A stretch of DNA of 58,378 bases from Azoarcus sp. (GCA_031285365.1 JAITWP010000104.1:1-58378), one strand, 5' to 3'. Shown: positions 36,400-46,009, counted from the stretch's first letter. Notes: generated by a model from the letters alone, not told the origin. Numbers and translations are program-made.

Positions 36400-37446
36400 A
36401 TGTGCTTACTGGTAAACCAACCGGCGGGCGTAACATTCGACGACGATTTTCTGCGCGGTGTGTTTCGTCGTAACCCGGACGGCATTGGTGTGATGTGGGC
36501 AGAAGACAACACACTGCACTATCACAAGGAACTGCCCCGCAACAAGGAAGCTTTCGTCGAGTTCTACCGCAAACATGTCGCGGGCAAAGCGTGCGCGTGG
36601 CACGCGCGTATGCAGACACACGGCGACATAGATATTCATAACTGCCACCCGTACTGCGTGCTTAGCGCAGCCGATGGATACCCCATCTTCATGATGCACA
36701 ACGGCGTGCTGCGTACCGGCAACAGCGGGGATGAAACCAAGTCTGACACATGGCACTACATCCACGACTATCTACGCCCCATACTGCTCAAGAACCCTCG
36801 CTTTTTTCTGACCCCGGCGTTCAAGGCGTTGATCGAAGCGCACATCGGCACGAACAACAAATTCATCCTGCTGGATGCCTTCGGCAACATAGTCACGATC
36901 AACAAGGAGCGGGGCGTCGAGCACAACGACGCGTGGCTCTCCAACACCTACGCATGGGACACAGCAGGAACCAAGCACGGCCATTCATACTATGGAGGCT
37001 TTAGTAGCCGCTATGACGGCACATACTACGATGCCTATGGACGCGCCAATACCAAGCGGCCTTCTTTCAGCCGCGGCAAACGGGGGGGAGACGACTACGA
37101 AGACTTTTACGCGTGGGAGAACACGCTCAATAAAAAGCAAGAAAGTCCGACTGACATCGGGACAGTATCCGAAGCTCCGAGCGCGGAGATAAAAGCGCAA
37201 GACGAAGAGGAATACGCCGAGTGGGAGTATATGCTGGATGAGCATCTTTACAGAGAGCTGAGCGCCGATGCGTTCCGATCCATCACCTCCGACCACATGA
37301 TCTCCTACTTCATGGCGGTAGGCAAAGAGCGTGCATGGGAGCTGCTGGAGCAGATATACGACAACGAGATCACTGCGGAACGCGTGGCTGCGCTTATCAC
37401 AGCGCCGCGCCCGGCTCCTGCCGTGCCGGTGGAGGAGTGGGACTGA
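36400..37446 (+). CDS. Class II (Ntn) glutamine amidotransferase
   Basis: Cys2 (MCLLV), NPDGIG, HARMQTHG, NCHP, MHNG, SDT; acidic C-terminal extension. Confidence 0.9.
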   Translation: MCLLVNQPAGVTFDDDFLRGVFRRNPDGIGVMWAEDNTLHYHKELPRNKEAFVEFYRKHVAGKACAWHARMQTHGDIDIHNCHPYCVLSAADGYPIFMMHNGVLRTGNSGDETKSDTWHYIHDYLRPILLKNPRFFLTPAFKALIEAHIGTNNKFILLDAFGNIVTINKERGVEHNDAWLSNTYAWDTAGTKHGHSYYGGFSSRYDGTYYDAYGRANTKRPSFSRGKRGGDDYEDFYAWENTLNKKQESPTDIGTVSEAPSAEIKAQDEEEYAEWEYMLDEHLYRELSADAFRSITSDHMISYFMAVGKERAWELLEQIYDNEITAERVAALITAPRPAPAVPVEEWD

Positions 37447-37790
37447 TGATACGAGAAAGGCTGGTACGCATCCATGTTGACGACCTCGCACTTAATTTCA
37501 AAAGCACCGACGAGATCCAGAACTTTCAAATGGCGCTTGGCAAGGTACTCTCATTCCAGCTTGCGACCGGCAAGAACGACGGGCTTGAGTTTGTTGACCT
37601 GTCAATCAACGCGACACAAGAGATCGTCGGCGCTTTTTACCCTGCTGTCCTCTGGTCGCTCGGCACAGAGCACGCCGAAGACAAACTCAACTACCTGCGA
37701 CTGACCAAGGCGCTCGAAGCCTACAGTCGGGGAGATCCCGTGGTTGTGGGAGCCATAACACGGGACGACTCGTATCAATACTATTCATAG
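37446..37790 (+). CDS. Hypothetical protein
   Basis: TGATG overlap with the amidotransferase stop. Confidence 0.65.
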   Translation: MIRERLVRIHVDDLALNFKSTDEIQNFQMALGKVLSFQLATGKNDGLEFVDLSINATQEIVGAFYPAVLWSLGTEHAEDKLNYLRLTKALEAYSRGDPVVVGAITRDDSYQYYS

Positions 37791-37799
37791 GAGCGCCAC

Positions 37800-38546
37800 A
37801 TGCAGAAAATGCAGATTCTCAAAAACATCATCCAGCTTATTACCGCGCGCCCCGGCCTCACGCCGGTAGAGATCGCCGAGCACCTGAAAATACCGCAGCC
37901 ACGGGTAACATCCTCGCTGGCTACGCACATGGCGAAACCCAACCCCGTTTTCAGGCGCGAGCGCTTCAAGCCGCTGGGCAGGATGACCACCTACCGCTAC
38001 TACATGCTGACTCAGCCTGCACCCAGGATTACATCCGAGGCAGTTGAAGCCCCGCCGCCCAACGTGCAGGAAGAAGAACAGCAGGTGGCAGACAGCATCC
38101 GCGTGCAGATCAAACGGCTGGCGGAAGCGATAGCGAGCGAGGTGGCGTCGCGCATGTTGGCCGAGCTGGAAGTGGCGATCTCGGAGAAGCTGAAGACACT
38201 GACTCTGCCACAGATCGCTGCGGCAGTGTCCGGCAAGCAAGCCGCGCCGCTCAACAAACTCAAGGTGCATGTCGTCGGGGCTTACAACGGCCAGATTGCA
38301 ACACTGAAGCAAGAGTTCGGCGAGATGAGACTCAGCTTTAGCAATGCGGATGAAAATCTGCACCAGCTAAAGGACAAAGCGCGTAACGCCGACCATGTGT
38401 GCATCATGACCAAGTTTATCAGCCACAAGCACGTCGAGGTTGTGCAGTCAGCCAAGCCGCGCAATGTGCATCTTGTGGATGGTGCAGTGAGCAACTTGCG
38501 TGACAAACTGACGGAGATTTACGTCAATGAACCCTCTGCCGCTTGA
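37800..38546 (+). CDS. HTH plus DUF2325-like protein
   Basis: PGLT..EIAEHL HTH; C-terminal V.VVG...AD.V...TKFISH. Confidence 0.7.
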   Translation: MQKMQILKNIIQLITARPGLTPVEIAEHLKIPQPRVTSSLATHMAKPNPVFRRERFKPLGRMTTYRYYMLTQPAPRITSEAVEAPPPNVQEEEQQVADSIRVQIKRLAEAIASEVASRMLAELEVAISEKLKTLTLPQIAAAVSGKQAAPLNKLKVHVVGAYNGQIATLKQEFGEMRLSFSNADENLHQLKDKARNADHVCIMTKFISHKHVEVVQSAKPRNVHLVDGAVSNLRDKLTEIYVNEPSAA

Positions 38547-38721
38547 ATATCAACTATGGACAGCGGACGACGTGGCCGCGTACATGCAGCTTAGTAAAAC
38601 GTATGTGCAGGAGCACGTTCTGTCGCAGCCCGACGCGCCTCGCCCGGTGCGCTTCACGCGCCGAGGCCGCGCGCGCTGGAAGGCGAAGGAAGTGGTTGAG
38701 TGGGCAATGGAAAAAACATAG
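38527..38721 (+). CDS. AlpA-like excisionase / recombination directionality factor
   Basis: LWTADDVAAY...P.P.R.....RW...EV.EW near the integrase. Confidence 0.8.
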   Translation: MNPLPLEYQLWTADDVAAYMQLSKTYVQEHVLSQPDAPRPVRFTRRGRARWKAKEVVEWAMEKT

Positions 38722-38730
38722 GAGCCGAAA

Positions 38731-38949
38731 ATGATGTGGTTCATATCAGCAGAACTGGGGTTGCATGAGCACGGATGGGTCGCCGCACGGGATAACGTGG
38801 AAGCAAAGCGCGTAATGGAAGCTGTTCTTGGCACTGACTTGAGTGGCTATCCGGTTCGCTACACCGCCCCGTTTGTTGCCACCCATGTACGAGGCGGACA
38901 TAGTGCCTACCTAAAGAGCAGCCTGATGCAAGCAAGGAGTCGAACATGA
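38731..38949 (+). CDS. Small protein, paralogue 1 of 3
   Basis: AGGAG RBS; MWF...VAARDNVEAKRVM. Confidence 0.65.
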   Translation: MMWFISAELGLHEHGWVAARDNVEAKRVMEAVLGTDLSGYPVRYTAPFVATHVRGGHSAYLKSSLMQARSRT

Positions 38950-39158
38950 ACTGGTGGTATATAAGGCACAACACGCGGCCTGAAGACAATTGGCACATTG
39001 CCGCCTGCAACAGAGACGAGGCTATTAACATTTTCCATCTGTTGAATCCGAGCACTCTTATGCTGGCGGCGAGCACAGTGCCAGACTATCCTTTTGTGCT
39101 GCGTGCCTGGCAGCATCGCATACACCCGGAGCTACCTGCAAGAGGGCGCGGCTTATGA
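38946..39158 (+). CDS. Small protein, paralogue 2 of 3
   Basis: ATGA overlap; MNWWY...IAACNRDEAINIF. Confidence 0.65.
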   Translation: MNWWYIRHNTRPEDNWHIAACNRDEAINIFHLLNPSTLMLAASTVPDYPFVLRAWQHRIHPELPARGRGL

Positions 39159-39379
39159 GATGGTTTCTTGTATCAGGGGCAGCAGAGCATCCCGTTAGCA
39201 ATAGAACACATTATGCAGTCGCGGCGACAGATACGGACGAAGCAAGAGAGGTATTTAAACAGGTGTTCTCGAAGCTCTCGTCCGCGCGCTTGTCGCAGCT
39301 CATCCCCGAAGGCACAGCTTACGAAGGCTACATACACGATAATTTGCCGCCACTCATCCCGCGCGAAGCTTCTCGGTAA
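39155..39379 (+). CDS. Small protein, paralogue 3 of 3
   Basis: ATGA overlap; MRWF...VAATDTDEAREVF. Confidence 0.65.
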   Translation: MRWFLVSGAAEHPVSNRTHYAVAATDTDEAREVFKQVFSKLSSARLSQLIPEGTAYEGYIHDNLPPLIPREASR

Positions 39380-40328
39380 GCTCCGAGACATCCGGCGCGT
39401 AGTACGTTGACAACAGTATTCTCAAGTCCGTATGCCCGGACATCCGGGCAAGCTCCAGCACGGACAACTTGGTAGCCAGACGGGTCAACGCCTCCCGCCG
39501 CGTGTCGTGAAAATGAAGCCCTGTAACAGCCGCTTTTGCTTTTACCTTCCTGAACAGCGCGTCCACCTGCGCTGGCGTCAGCCCGAACACAGGGTTCATA
39601 CCCAACGGCTTTAGCCGTTCCAAAATCCCCACAGCCTTCTCGGAAAGCGGCACGTCACGCGGGCGACCGTTTTTTGCGTGGCTCACATGCACATGCGTCT
39701 CGTAAATCCTATCCCACTCCAACGAGACGATTTCGCCGGAACGCATTCCAGTTTCGAGAGCAAACTGAAATGCCATGCCGACACGCGCGGTTGCTTTGGT
39801 CAGATCGTCTCCACAGACATGAAGCAGCCGCGCGATTTCTTCCTCCGACACGCGCCGCTTGCGGGGTACGGGCTTCTCCGGTCGCTTCACCCGCGAAAAC
39901 GGATTCTCCTTCAACCACCCCCACTCCCTGATCGCCGTATTGCACGCCACCGACAGCAACGTCCACTCGCGCAACACAGACCCCGGAGACACCTGCTCCA
40001 GCCGCCGGTCTCTCCACGCCGCAGCGTGCGTCGCGCACAGGTCTTTGAGCTTCACCTTCGCAAGCGGGTCTCTCAGCATCCGCGCAACGCACACCTGCTC
40101 CCTCCGCGCGCCGTGCTTCGCCACGGAAACATCCTCGCCGTACCGGGCAAGCAGCTCCCCGAAAGTCCTGTCAGGAATATGCCCGTGGTGTGTGGCATCC
40201 AGCTCCGCTTCAAGCGTCGTTGCCCAGGCAACGGCCTGCGCCTTGGTTTCAAAGCGCGCCGAGCGGCGCACGCCGCGCTTGGCGACCTGCGCCTTCCAAA
40301 CACTCCCTATTTTCTGAATACTCGCCAT
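39354..40328 (-). CDS. int: Tyrosine integrase
   Basis: AGGAG RBS, MASIQK start; ETGMR.GE, KNG, FHDTR, SGH, YY. Confidence 0.95.
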   Translation of the reverse strand: MASIQKIGSVWKAQVAKRGVRRSARFETKAQAVAWATTLEAELDATHHGHIPDRTFGELLARYGEDVSVAKHGARREQVCVARMLRDPLAKVKLKDLCATHAAAWRDRRLEQVSPGSVLREWTLLSVACNTAIREWGWLKENPFSRVKRPEKPVPRKRRVSEEEIARLLHVCGDDLTKATARVGMAFQFALETGMRSGEIVSLEWDRIYETHVHVSHAKNGRPRDVPLSEKAVGILERLKPLGMNPVFGLTPAQVDALFRKVKAKAAVTGLHFHDTRREALTRLATKLSVLELARMSGHTDLRILLSTYYAPDVSELTEKLRAG

Positions 40329-40352
40329 GTGCGTAGGCTCCTGCAAAAACGT

Positions 40353-40382
40353 TGGTGTAAAATCTGGTGTAATTTTGGTGTA
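40353..40382 (+). repeat. Three TGGTGTA direct repeats, candidate integrase arm sites
   Basis: Copies at 40353, 40365, 40376, between int and the tRNA. Confidence 0.6.
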
Positions 40383-40409
40383 GTCTAGTACTCGCCAATA
40401 CGGTGTCAA
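40382..40409 (-). promoter_or_regulatory. Sigma70-type promoter for int
   Basis: Minus strand TTGACA-16 bp-TAGACT. Confidence 0.55.
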
Positions 40410-40509
40410 GCGGGCTAAAAAAGGCCTCGTAAGAGAATGCGCGACTACGTTAGAAATGCCAGAAAAGCTTGCAGCACTAGGGCTGAAAGACTTTTAGAGA
40501 ACGTAATAA

Positions 40510-40596
40510 TGGTGCCGGGAGGGGGACTCGAACCCCCACACTGTTACCAGCGGCGGATTTTGAATCCGCTGCGTCTACCGATTCCGCCATCCCGGC
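40510..40596 (-). tRNA. tRNA-Leu (CAA), prophage attachment site
   Basis: GCCGGGATGGCGGAATCGGTAGACGCA-GCGGA-TTCAAAA-TCCGC, long variable arm, GGTTCGAGTCC, CCA end. Confidence 0.97.
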
Positions 40597-40650
40597 TAGA
40601 GGGGCATTTCAAATAGAGGCGGCATTATAGCGAATTATCCAGAGAGTTTC

Positions 40651-41688
40651 ATGCGTACCAGTGATTTCGATTTTGATTTGCCCGCCGAACTGATCGCGCA
40701 ATTCCCCGCGGAAAAGCGCAGCGGCAGCCGCTTGCTTTGTCTCGACGGCGATTCCGGCGCGACGCAAGATCGCCAGTTCCGTGATTTGCCCGGGTTGCTT
40801 GCGCCGGACGATCTTTTGATTTTCAACGATACCCGCGTCATCAAGGCGCGGCTCAACGGCATCAAAGCCAGCGGCGGCAAGCTGGAGATTTTGGTGGAGC
40901 GCGTGCTGGATTCGCATCGCGCCCTCGCGCACGCACGCGCCTCCAACGCGCCCAAGCCCGGAACGCGTCTGCTGCTGGAAGAAAAAATCGAAGCGGAAGT
41001 GCTGGGGCGTCAGGCGGATTTGTTCGAGCTGAAATTTTTTGGCGACACGCCGCTGCCCGCATTGCTCGAACGCCACGGAAAATTGCCGTTGCCGCCCTAC
41101 ATTTCCCACGCGGCGGATACGGCGGACGAGGAGCGTTATCAAACCGTTTACGCGCGCGCTCCCGGCGCGGTTGCCGCGCCCACGGCGGGGTTGCATTTCG
41201 ACGACGAGGTGATGCGGGCGCTGGCCGAAAACGGCATTGCACAAGCCTTCGTCACGCTGCATGTGGGCGCGGGCACATTCCAGCCCGTGCGCGTGGAAAA
41301 TACGCGCGAACACAAAATGCACAGCGAGTGGTACGAAATTCCGCAAGCAACCGTGGATGCCATACGCGAAACGCAAATACGCGGCGGTAATATCGTCGCG
41401 GTGGGCACGACCGCGTTGCGCGCCCTCGAAAGCGCCGCGCGAAAATACGAACTGGCGGCGGGTTGCGACGACACCGATATTTTCATCACGCCGGGTTATC
41501 GCTTTAAAATCGTGAACAAACTGCTCACCAATTTTCATCTGCCGCGCACCACACTGCTCATGCTGGTATCGGCCTTCGCGGGGCGCGAACATGTGCTCGC
41601 GGCGTATCGTCACGCGGTCGCGCAACACTACCGATTTTTCAGCTACGGCGATGCCATGCTCATGACACGCCGTAAAATACGCGCATGA
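40651..41688 (+). CDS. queA: S-adenosylmethionine:tRNA ribosyltransferase-isomerase
   Basis: [44 protein letters not shown]. Confidence 0.97.
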   Translation: MRTSDFDFDLPAELIAQFPAEKRSGSRLLCLDGDSGATQDRQFRDLPGLLAPDDLLIFNDTRVIKARLNGIKASGGKLEILVERVLDSHRALAHARASNAPKPGTRLLLEEKIEAEVLGRQADLFELKFFGDTPLPALLERHGKLPLPPYISHAADTADEERYQTVYARAPGAVAAPTAGLHFDDEVMRALAENGIAQAFVTLHVGAGTFQPVRVENTREHKMHSEWYEIPQATVDAIRETQIRGGNIVAVGTTALRALESAARKYELAAGCDDTDIFITPGYRFKIVNKLLTNFHLPRTTLLMLVSAFAGREHVLAAYRHAVAQHYRFFSYGDAMLMTRRKIRA

Positions 41689-42494
41689 ATTCCTCTCCCA
41701 TAGGCGTGTTCGATTCCGGCGTCGGCGGCTTGTCGGTGCTGCGCCACATCCGCGCCGAATTGCCGCATGAAAATCTGCTCTACATCGCCGATTCCGCCCA
41801 TGCGCCCTACGGCGGAAAAAGCGCGGAAGAAATTTGCGCGCGCGCGCTGGCGCTGTCGGAATTTTTGATCGCGCAAAAAGCGAAAACTTTAGTCGTCGCC
41901 TGTAACACCGCCACCGCCGCCGCGATTTCCATGTTGCGCGCGCGCTTTGAAATTCCGGTCATCGGCATGGAACCCGCCGTCAAACCCGCCGTGGCCGCGA
42001 CCCGTAGCGGCGTGGTCGGCGTGCTCGCCACCACCGGCACGCTGCAAAGCGCCCGCTTCGCCGCCCTGCTCGAAAATTACGGCCAAAACGTGCGCGTCGT
42101 GACGCAAGGGTGTCCGGGTCTGGTGGAATGCGTCGAACGCGGCGAGTTGACCTCGCCCGAAACGCGTAATCTGCTGAACGACTATGTGCAACCGCTGTTG
42201 CAACAAGGCGCGGACACACTGGTGCTCGGTTGCACGCACTACCCGTTTCTCAAACCGCTGATCCGCGAAATCGCGGGCGAAAACATCGCGCTCATAGACA
42301 CCGGCACCGCCGTCGCGCAACAAGTGCGGCGACGCATCGCGGCAGCGGAATTGCTCTCGCCTGAGATCACGCCAGGCAATGTGCGTTTTTGGACAACGGG
42401 CGATGTGGAGCAGGGGCGGGAAGTTGTGGGGCGTTTGTGGGGAGAGGCGGTGGTGGAGAGGATATTTTTGGGTTATTCGATGTACAATAATTAA
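41685..42494 (+). CDS. murI: Glutamate racemase
   Basis: [26 protein letters not shown]. Confidence 0.97.
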   Translation: MNSSPIGVFDSGVGGLSVLRHIRAELPHENLLYIADSAHAPYGGKSAEEICARALALSEFLIAQKAKTLVVACNTATAAAISMLRARFEIPVIGMEPAVKPAVAATRSGVVGVLATTGTLQSARFAALLENYGQNVRVVTQGCPGLVECVERGELTSPETRNLLNDYVQPLLQQGADTLVLGCTHYPFLKPLIREIAGENIALIDTGTAVAQQVRRRIAAAELLSPEITPGNVRFWTTGDVEQGREVVGRLWGEAVVERIFLGYSMYNN

Positions 42495-42495
42495 C

Positions 42496-42777
42496 ATGGA
42501 AATCGAGTTTGACCTTGCCAAGAACGTCAAAAACCGGAAAGACCACCGTTTGCCGTTGGAGAAAGCCGCCGATCTGGATTGGGATGCGGCTTTGGTCTGG
42601 CTCGATGACCGTTTTGATTATGACGAAGAGCGTATGAGCGCGTTGGTTCCCGAAGCCGACACGCTGTATTACGTGGCATTTGTGTATCGCGGCAAGGCGC
42701 GGCGCGTTATCAGCTTGCGTTATGCCACCAACCCGGAGAAACAACATTATGTCCGAACATTTTTTGACGCTTCGTAA
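42496..42777 (+). CDS. brnT: BrnT-family toxin
   Basis: EFD.AKN..N..DH...D.R.DY.E.R...RVISLR.A. Confidence 0.85.
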   Translation: MEIEFDLAKNVKNRKDHRLPLEKAADLDWDAALVWLDDRFDYDEERMSALVPEADTLYYVAFVYRGKARRVISLRYATNPEKQHYVRTFFDAS

Positions 42778-43021
42778 CGGGCGAAAAATCAGACTCAATA
42801 CACCGGAAGAGGATGCGGCGATTACGAAGGCGGCGCTGTCCGACCCGGATGCCTTGCCGCTCACCGATGAGGATTTCAAGCGAATGCGCGTAGTCGGACG
42901 GCCAAAAGCCGCCGTGACCAAACAGCCCGTCACGCTGCGCCTTGACCCGGAAGTGCTGGCGCGTTGGCGCGCTACCGGCAAGGGTTGGCAAACGCGCATG
43001 GCGGAACGGTTGGCGTTGTAG
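42749..43021 (+). CDS. brnA: BrnA-family antitoxin
   Basis: GRPK....K..VTLRLDPEVL..WRATGKGWQTR. Confidence 0.9.
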   Translation: MSEHFLTLRNGRKIRLNTPEEDAAITKAALSDPDALPLTDEDFKRMRVVGRPKAAVTKQPVTLRLDPEVLARWRATGKGWQTRMAERLAL

Positions 43022-43068
43022 GGGCGGCATTTTGCCGCCCCTGCGGGGAATCTGGTCGCGTGTTGCTC

Positions 43069-43260
43069 TCAGTGATGCCGCACCGCTTCCCCCGCCTTCA
43101 ACCGATAACGCGCGCCGCAGTAGGGGCACATGGCGTGGCCGGTGTCGGCGAGGTCGAGGAAGACGCGCGGGTGGGAGCACCAGAGCGCGGTTTCGTCGGT
43201 GGGGCAGTGCAGCGGCAAGTCTTTGGCGGCGACTTCGATTTCGCGGATTTCGTTGGGCAT
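43069..43260 (-). CDS. Zinc-finger (CHCC) protein
   Basis: LPLHCP...HPRVFL...CPYCG. Confidence 0.85.
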   Translation of the reverse strand: MPNEIREIEVAAKDLPLHCPTDETALWCSHPRVFLDLADTGHAMCPYCGARYRLKAGEAVRHH

Positions 43261-43271
43261 TTTCGGCTCCT

Positions 43272-44192
43272 TTATACCGGCGTGAGCCAGGCGCGATGTT
43301 GCGCGAGGCGACCCATGACGGCATCGAAATACGCTTGTTGCAGCTTGGCGGTGATGGGGCCGCGCCGACCCGCGCCTATGACGCGGCCATCCAGTTCGCG
43401 TATTGGCGTGACTTCCGCCGCCGTGCCGGTGAAGAAGGCTTCGTCGGCGATATACACTTCGTCGCGCGTCAGCAGTTTCTCCCGCACTTCGTAGCCGAGT
43501 TCGGCAGCCAGCGTGAAGATGGTGTTGCGCGTGATGCCGTTCAAACAGGCGGTCAGCGCGGGGGTGTAGATCACATTGTCTTTCACCACGAACACGTTTT
43601 CGCCCGAGCCTTCCGCGACATAACCTTGCGCGTCCAGCATGAGCGCCTCATCCGCGCCGCCGGAGAGGGCTTCCTGCAAGGCCAGCATGGAATTGAAATA
43701 GGGGCCGTTGGCTTTTGCGCGCGTCATGGTGATGTTGACGTGGTGGCGCGTGAAGCTGGACGTGCGTACCTTGATGCCTTGTTCCAGCGCCTCTTTGCCC
43801 ATGTACGCGCCCCAGCTCCAGGCGGCGACGATGACATGCACCTTGAGTCCGCTCGCGCGCAAGCCCATGGCCTCGCTGCCGTAAAACACCATGGGGCGGA
43901 TATAGGCCGAGGGGAGTTTGTTTTCGCGCACGGCAGCGCGTTGCGCTTCGTTGATTTCCTCTTTGGAAAAGGGAATTTTCATGTTCATGATTTGCGCGGA
44001 ATCGAACAGGCGGTTGGTGTGTTCCCGCAGGCGAAAAATCGCCGTGCCGCCTTCGGCCTCGTAAGCGCGCACGCCTTCAAACACACCCATACCGTAGTGC
44101 AAAGTGTGGGTCAGCACATGCGTGGTGGCTTCGCGCCACGGCACCATTTTTCCGTCATACCAAATCAGACCGTCGCGGTCGGCCATGGACAT
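43272..44192 (-). CDS. ilvE: Branched-chain amino acid aminotransferase
   Basis: MSMADRDGLIW.DG, LHYGMGVFEG.RAY, EGSGEN, GITR, TGTAAEVTP. Confidence 0.97.
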   Translation of the reverse strand: MSMADRDGLIWYDGKMVPWREATTHVLTHTLHYGMGVFEGVRAYEAEGGTAIFRLREHTNRLFDSAQIMNMKIPFSKEEINEAQRAAVRENKLPSAYIRPMVFYGSEAMGLRASGLKVHVIVAAWSWGAYMGKEALEQGIKVRTSSFTRHHVNITMTRAKANGPYFNSMLALQEALSGGADEALMLDAQGYVAEGSGENVFVVKDNVIYTPALTACLNGITRNTIFTLAAELGYEVREKLLTRDEVYIADEAFFTGTAAEVTPIRELDGRVIGAGRRGPITAKLQQAYFDAVMGRLAQHRAWLTPV

Positions 44193-44255
44193 CTTGTATC
44201 TCCGAAGCGTAAAAGCTTTAATTATAGCGACATCTGGAACAGGTAGCATACGGAT

Positions 44256-45119
44256 ATGGCACGCATATTGTTGATAGGCACGGCAACGCTCGATCTGGTG
44301 TTCGGGCTGGATCATTTTCCCGGCGCGGACGAGGAGATGCGCGCGCGGTCGTTGCGCGTTTGCCGGGGCGGCAACGCGGCGAATACCGCGGTAGTGTTGA
44401 GCCAGCTTGGGCATGAGACGGAGTTTTTCGGCACGCTCGCAGATGCGCCGGAAACAGCGGTGATTGAGCGCGATTTCCGCGTGCATGGCGTGGCTTATGG
44501 CGCATGTCCGCGTTTGCCCGGACGCCCGCCGACTTCGGCCATTTACCTCAGCGATGCCCGGCGCAGCATTGTTCACTATCGCGATTTGCCTGAAAATTCA
44601 GCCGAACATTTCGATTCGATCAGCCCGGCTGCCTACGACTGGATACATTTTGAGTGCCGCAATGTGGCGGTGATCGCCCCGGTCATACGCAGGTTTCGCG
44701 CGCTCGCGCCGGGTGTTCGGATATCGCTGGAACTCGAAAAACCGCGCGCTGAAATGGAGCTACTCTATCCGTGGCCGAATGTGCTAATCTGTTCCCGTGG
44801 CTTTGCCGCGCATCATCAATTCACGGAGCCGACGGCGTTTCTGGACTGGATGCGGGGCAAGGCGCCCCAGGCGGTTCTTGCGCTGGGCTGGGGCGAAGTC
44901 GGCGCTTACGGCTGCGCCCCGGACGGAGCGGTTTTTCACGCTCCGGCGGCGCAACCGGAAACGGTGGTGGATACGCTGGGTGCCGGGGATACCTTTAATG
45001 CCGGGCTGCTGGACGCGCTCGTCAAAGGAGGTTCGCCGGAAATGGCATTGTGGCAGGGGGTAACATTGGCCGGACGAAAATGCGCGATTGAGGGTTTGCA
45101 TCTGGAAGGGCTGTTGTAA
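44256..45119 (+). CDS. PfkB-family (ketohexokinase-like) kinase
   Basis: RGGNAANTA and VVDTLGAGDTFNAG. Confidence 0.9.
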   Translation: MARILLIGTATLDLVFGLDHFPGADEEMRARSLRVCRGGNAANTAVVLSQLGHETEFFGTLADAPETAVIERDFRVHGVAYGACPRLPGRPPTSAIYLSDARRSIVHYRDLPENSAEHFDSISPAAYDWIHFECRNVAVIAPVIRRFRALAPGVRISLELEKPRAEMELLYPWPNVLICSRGFAAHHQFTEPTAFLDWMRGKAPQAVLALGWGEVGAYGCAPDGAVFHAPAAQPETVVDTLGAGDTFNAGLLDALVKGGSPEMALWQGVTLAGRKCAIEGLHLEGLL

Positions 45120-45262
45120 AAAAACGACAGTCGCTGCATTTGAGATGAAAAGCTCCAAAAACAAATTGAAATTAATCGAGCCTTGAGTAGAATGCCAATT
45201 AAAGATATGGATGTCCTTAATTTACTTTTTAACGTTTTGATAGATAGATAGAGGGGTTTCAA

Positions 45263-46009
45263 ATGAAGAAAACTTTACTGGCAGTTTTGGTTGCTTCCGC
45301 TTTCGCGCCGGCTTTTGCGATGGCCGAGCAAGGTGATTTCGTGGTGCGTCTGCGCGCAACCCATATTCAAGCTGACGAAGATAGCAGCTTGGGCAAGAAG
45401 ACCAATTCGGTTTATGGTGTTGCTCCAAATACTGTCCTGAATAACGGTGCGGAGCTTGCGGTTGACAGCAATACAATTCCTGAAATTGACTTCTCCTATT
45501 ATGTAACCAAGAACATCGCGCTTGAGTTAATTCTGGCTGTGGGTACCCGTCATGATGTCAGGATCACCAAGAATGGTGATGTCGGCCAAGTGGTGAAGGG
45601 TGGTCACAATCTGGGATCAATCAACGCGTTGCCGCCGACCTTGACCGCGCAATGGCACTTCCTGCCGGATCAAACCTTTGACCCGTATGTGGGTGCCGGT
45701 ATCAACTACACTATCTTTATGGATAGAAAGTTGGATCTGGACTTGGGTTACATGGGTGTGGGTCAGCAGAAGATTCGCATTGAGCGTGATAGCTGGGGCC
45801 CCGCGCTGCAAGCCGGTTTTGATGTCAACTTCAAGGACGGCTGGCTGGTCAACTTTGATGTCAAGAAGCTGTGGATGAAGACTGATGTGAAGATGACTTT
45901 GAATCCGACTGCGGCTGGGGCTACAGGTCTTCCTGTTGGCTACAAGAAGATTGACAATCTGGATGTTGATCCGTGGGTCATCTCCGTTGGCTTCGGTAAG
46001 AAGTTCTGA
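45263..46009 (+). CDS. ompW: OmpW-family outer membrane protein
   Basis: Signal peptide, LPPTLTAQWHF, PYVGAGINYT, terminal Phe. Confidence 0.92.
   Translation: MKKTLLAVLVASAFAPAFAMAEQGDFVVRLRATHIQADEDSSLGKKTNSVYGVAPNTVLNNGAELAVDSNTIPEIDFSYYVTKNIALELILAVGTRHDVRITKNGDVGQVVKGGHNLGSINALPPTLTAQWHFLPDQTFDPYVGAGINYTIFMDRKLDLDLGYMGVGQQKIRIERDSWGPALQAGFDVNFKDGWLVNFDVKKLWMKTDVKMTLNPTAAGATGLPVGYKKIDNLDVDPWVISVGFGKKF

Larger units (their letters stand above)
1..40509. mobile_element. Temperate prophage, left end outside window, integrated at tRNA-Leu(CAA)
   Basis: Continuous head, packaging, replication and integration genes ending in a tyrosine integrase next to a tRNA 3' end; host housekeeping genes start right after the tRNA. 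Confidence 0.95.

Noticed and set aside
40510..40560. Second att copy inside the window
   Set aside because: No duplicate of the tRNA 3' end noticed; it should lie left of position 1
45225..45255. FNR box upstream of ompW
   Set aside because: Only the TTGAT half-site is present, with no matching ATCAA
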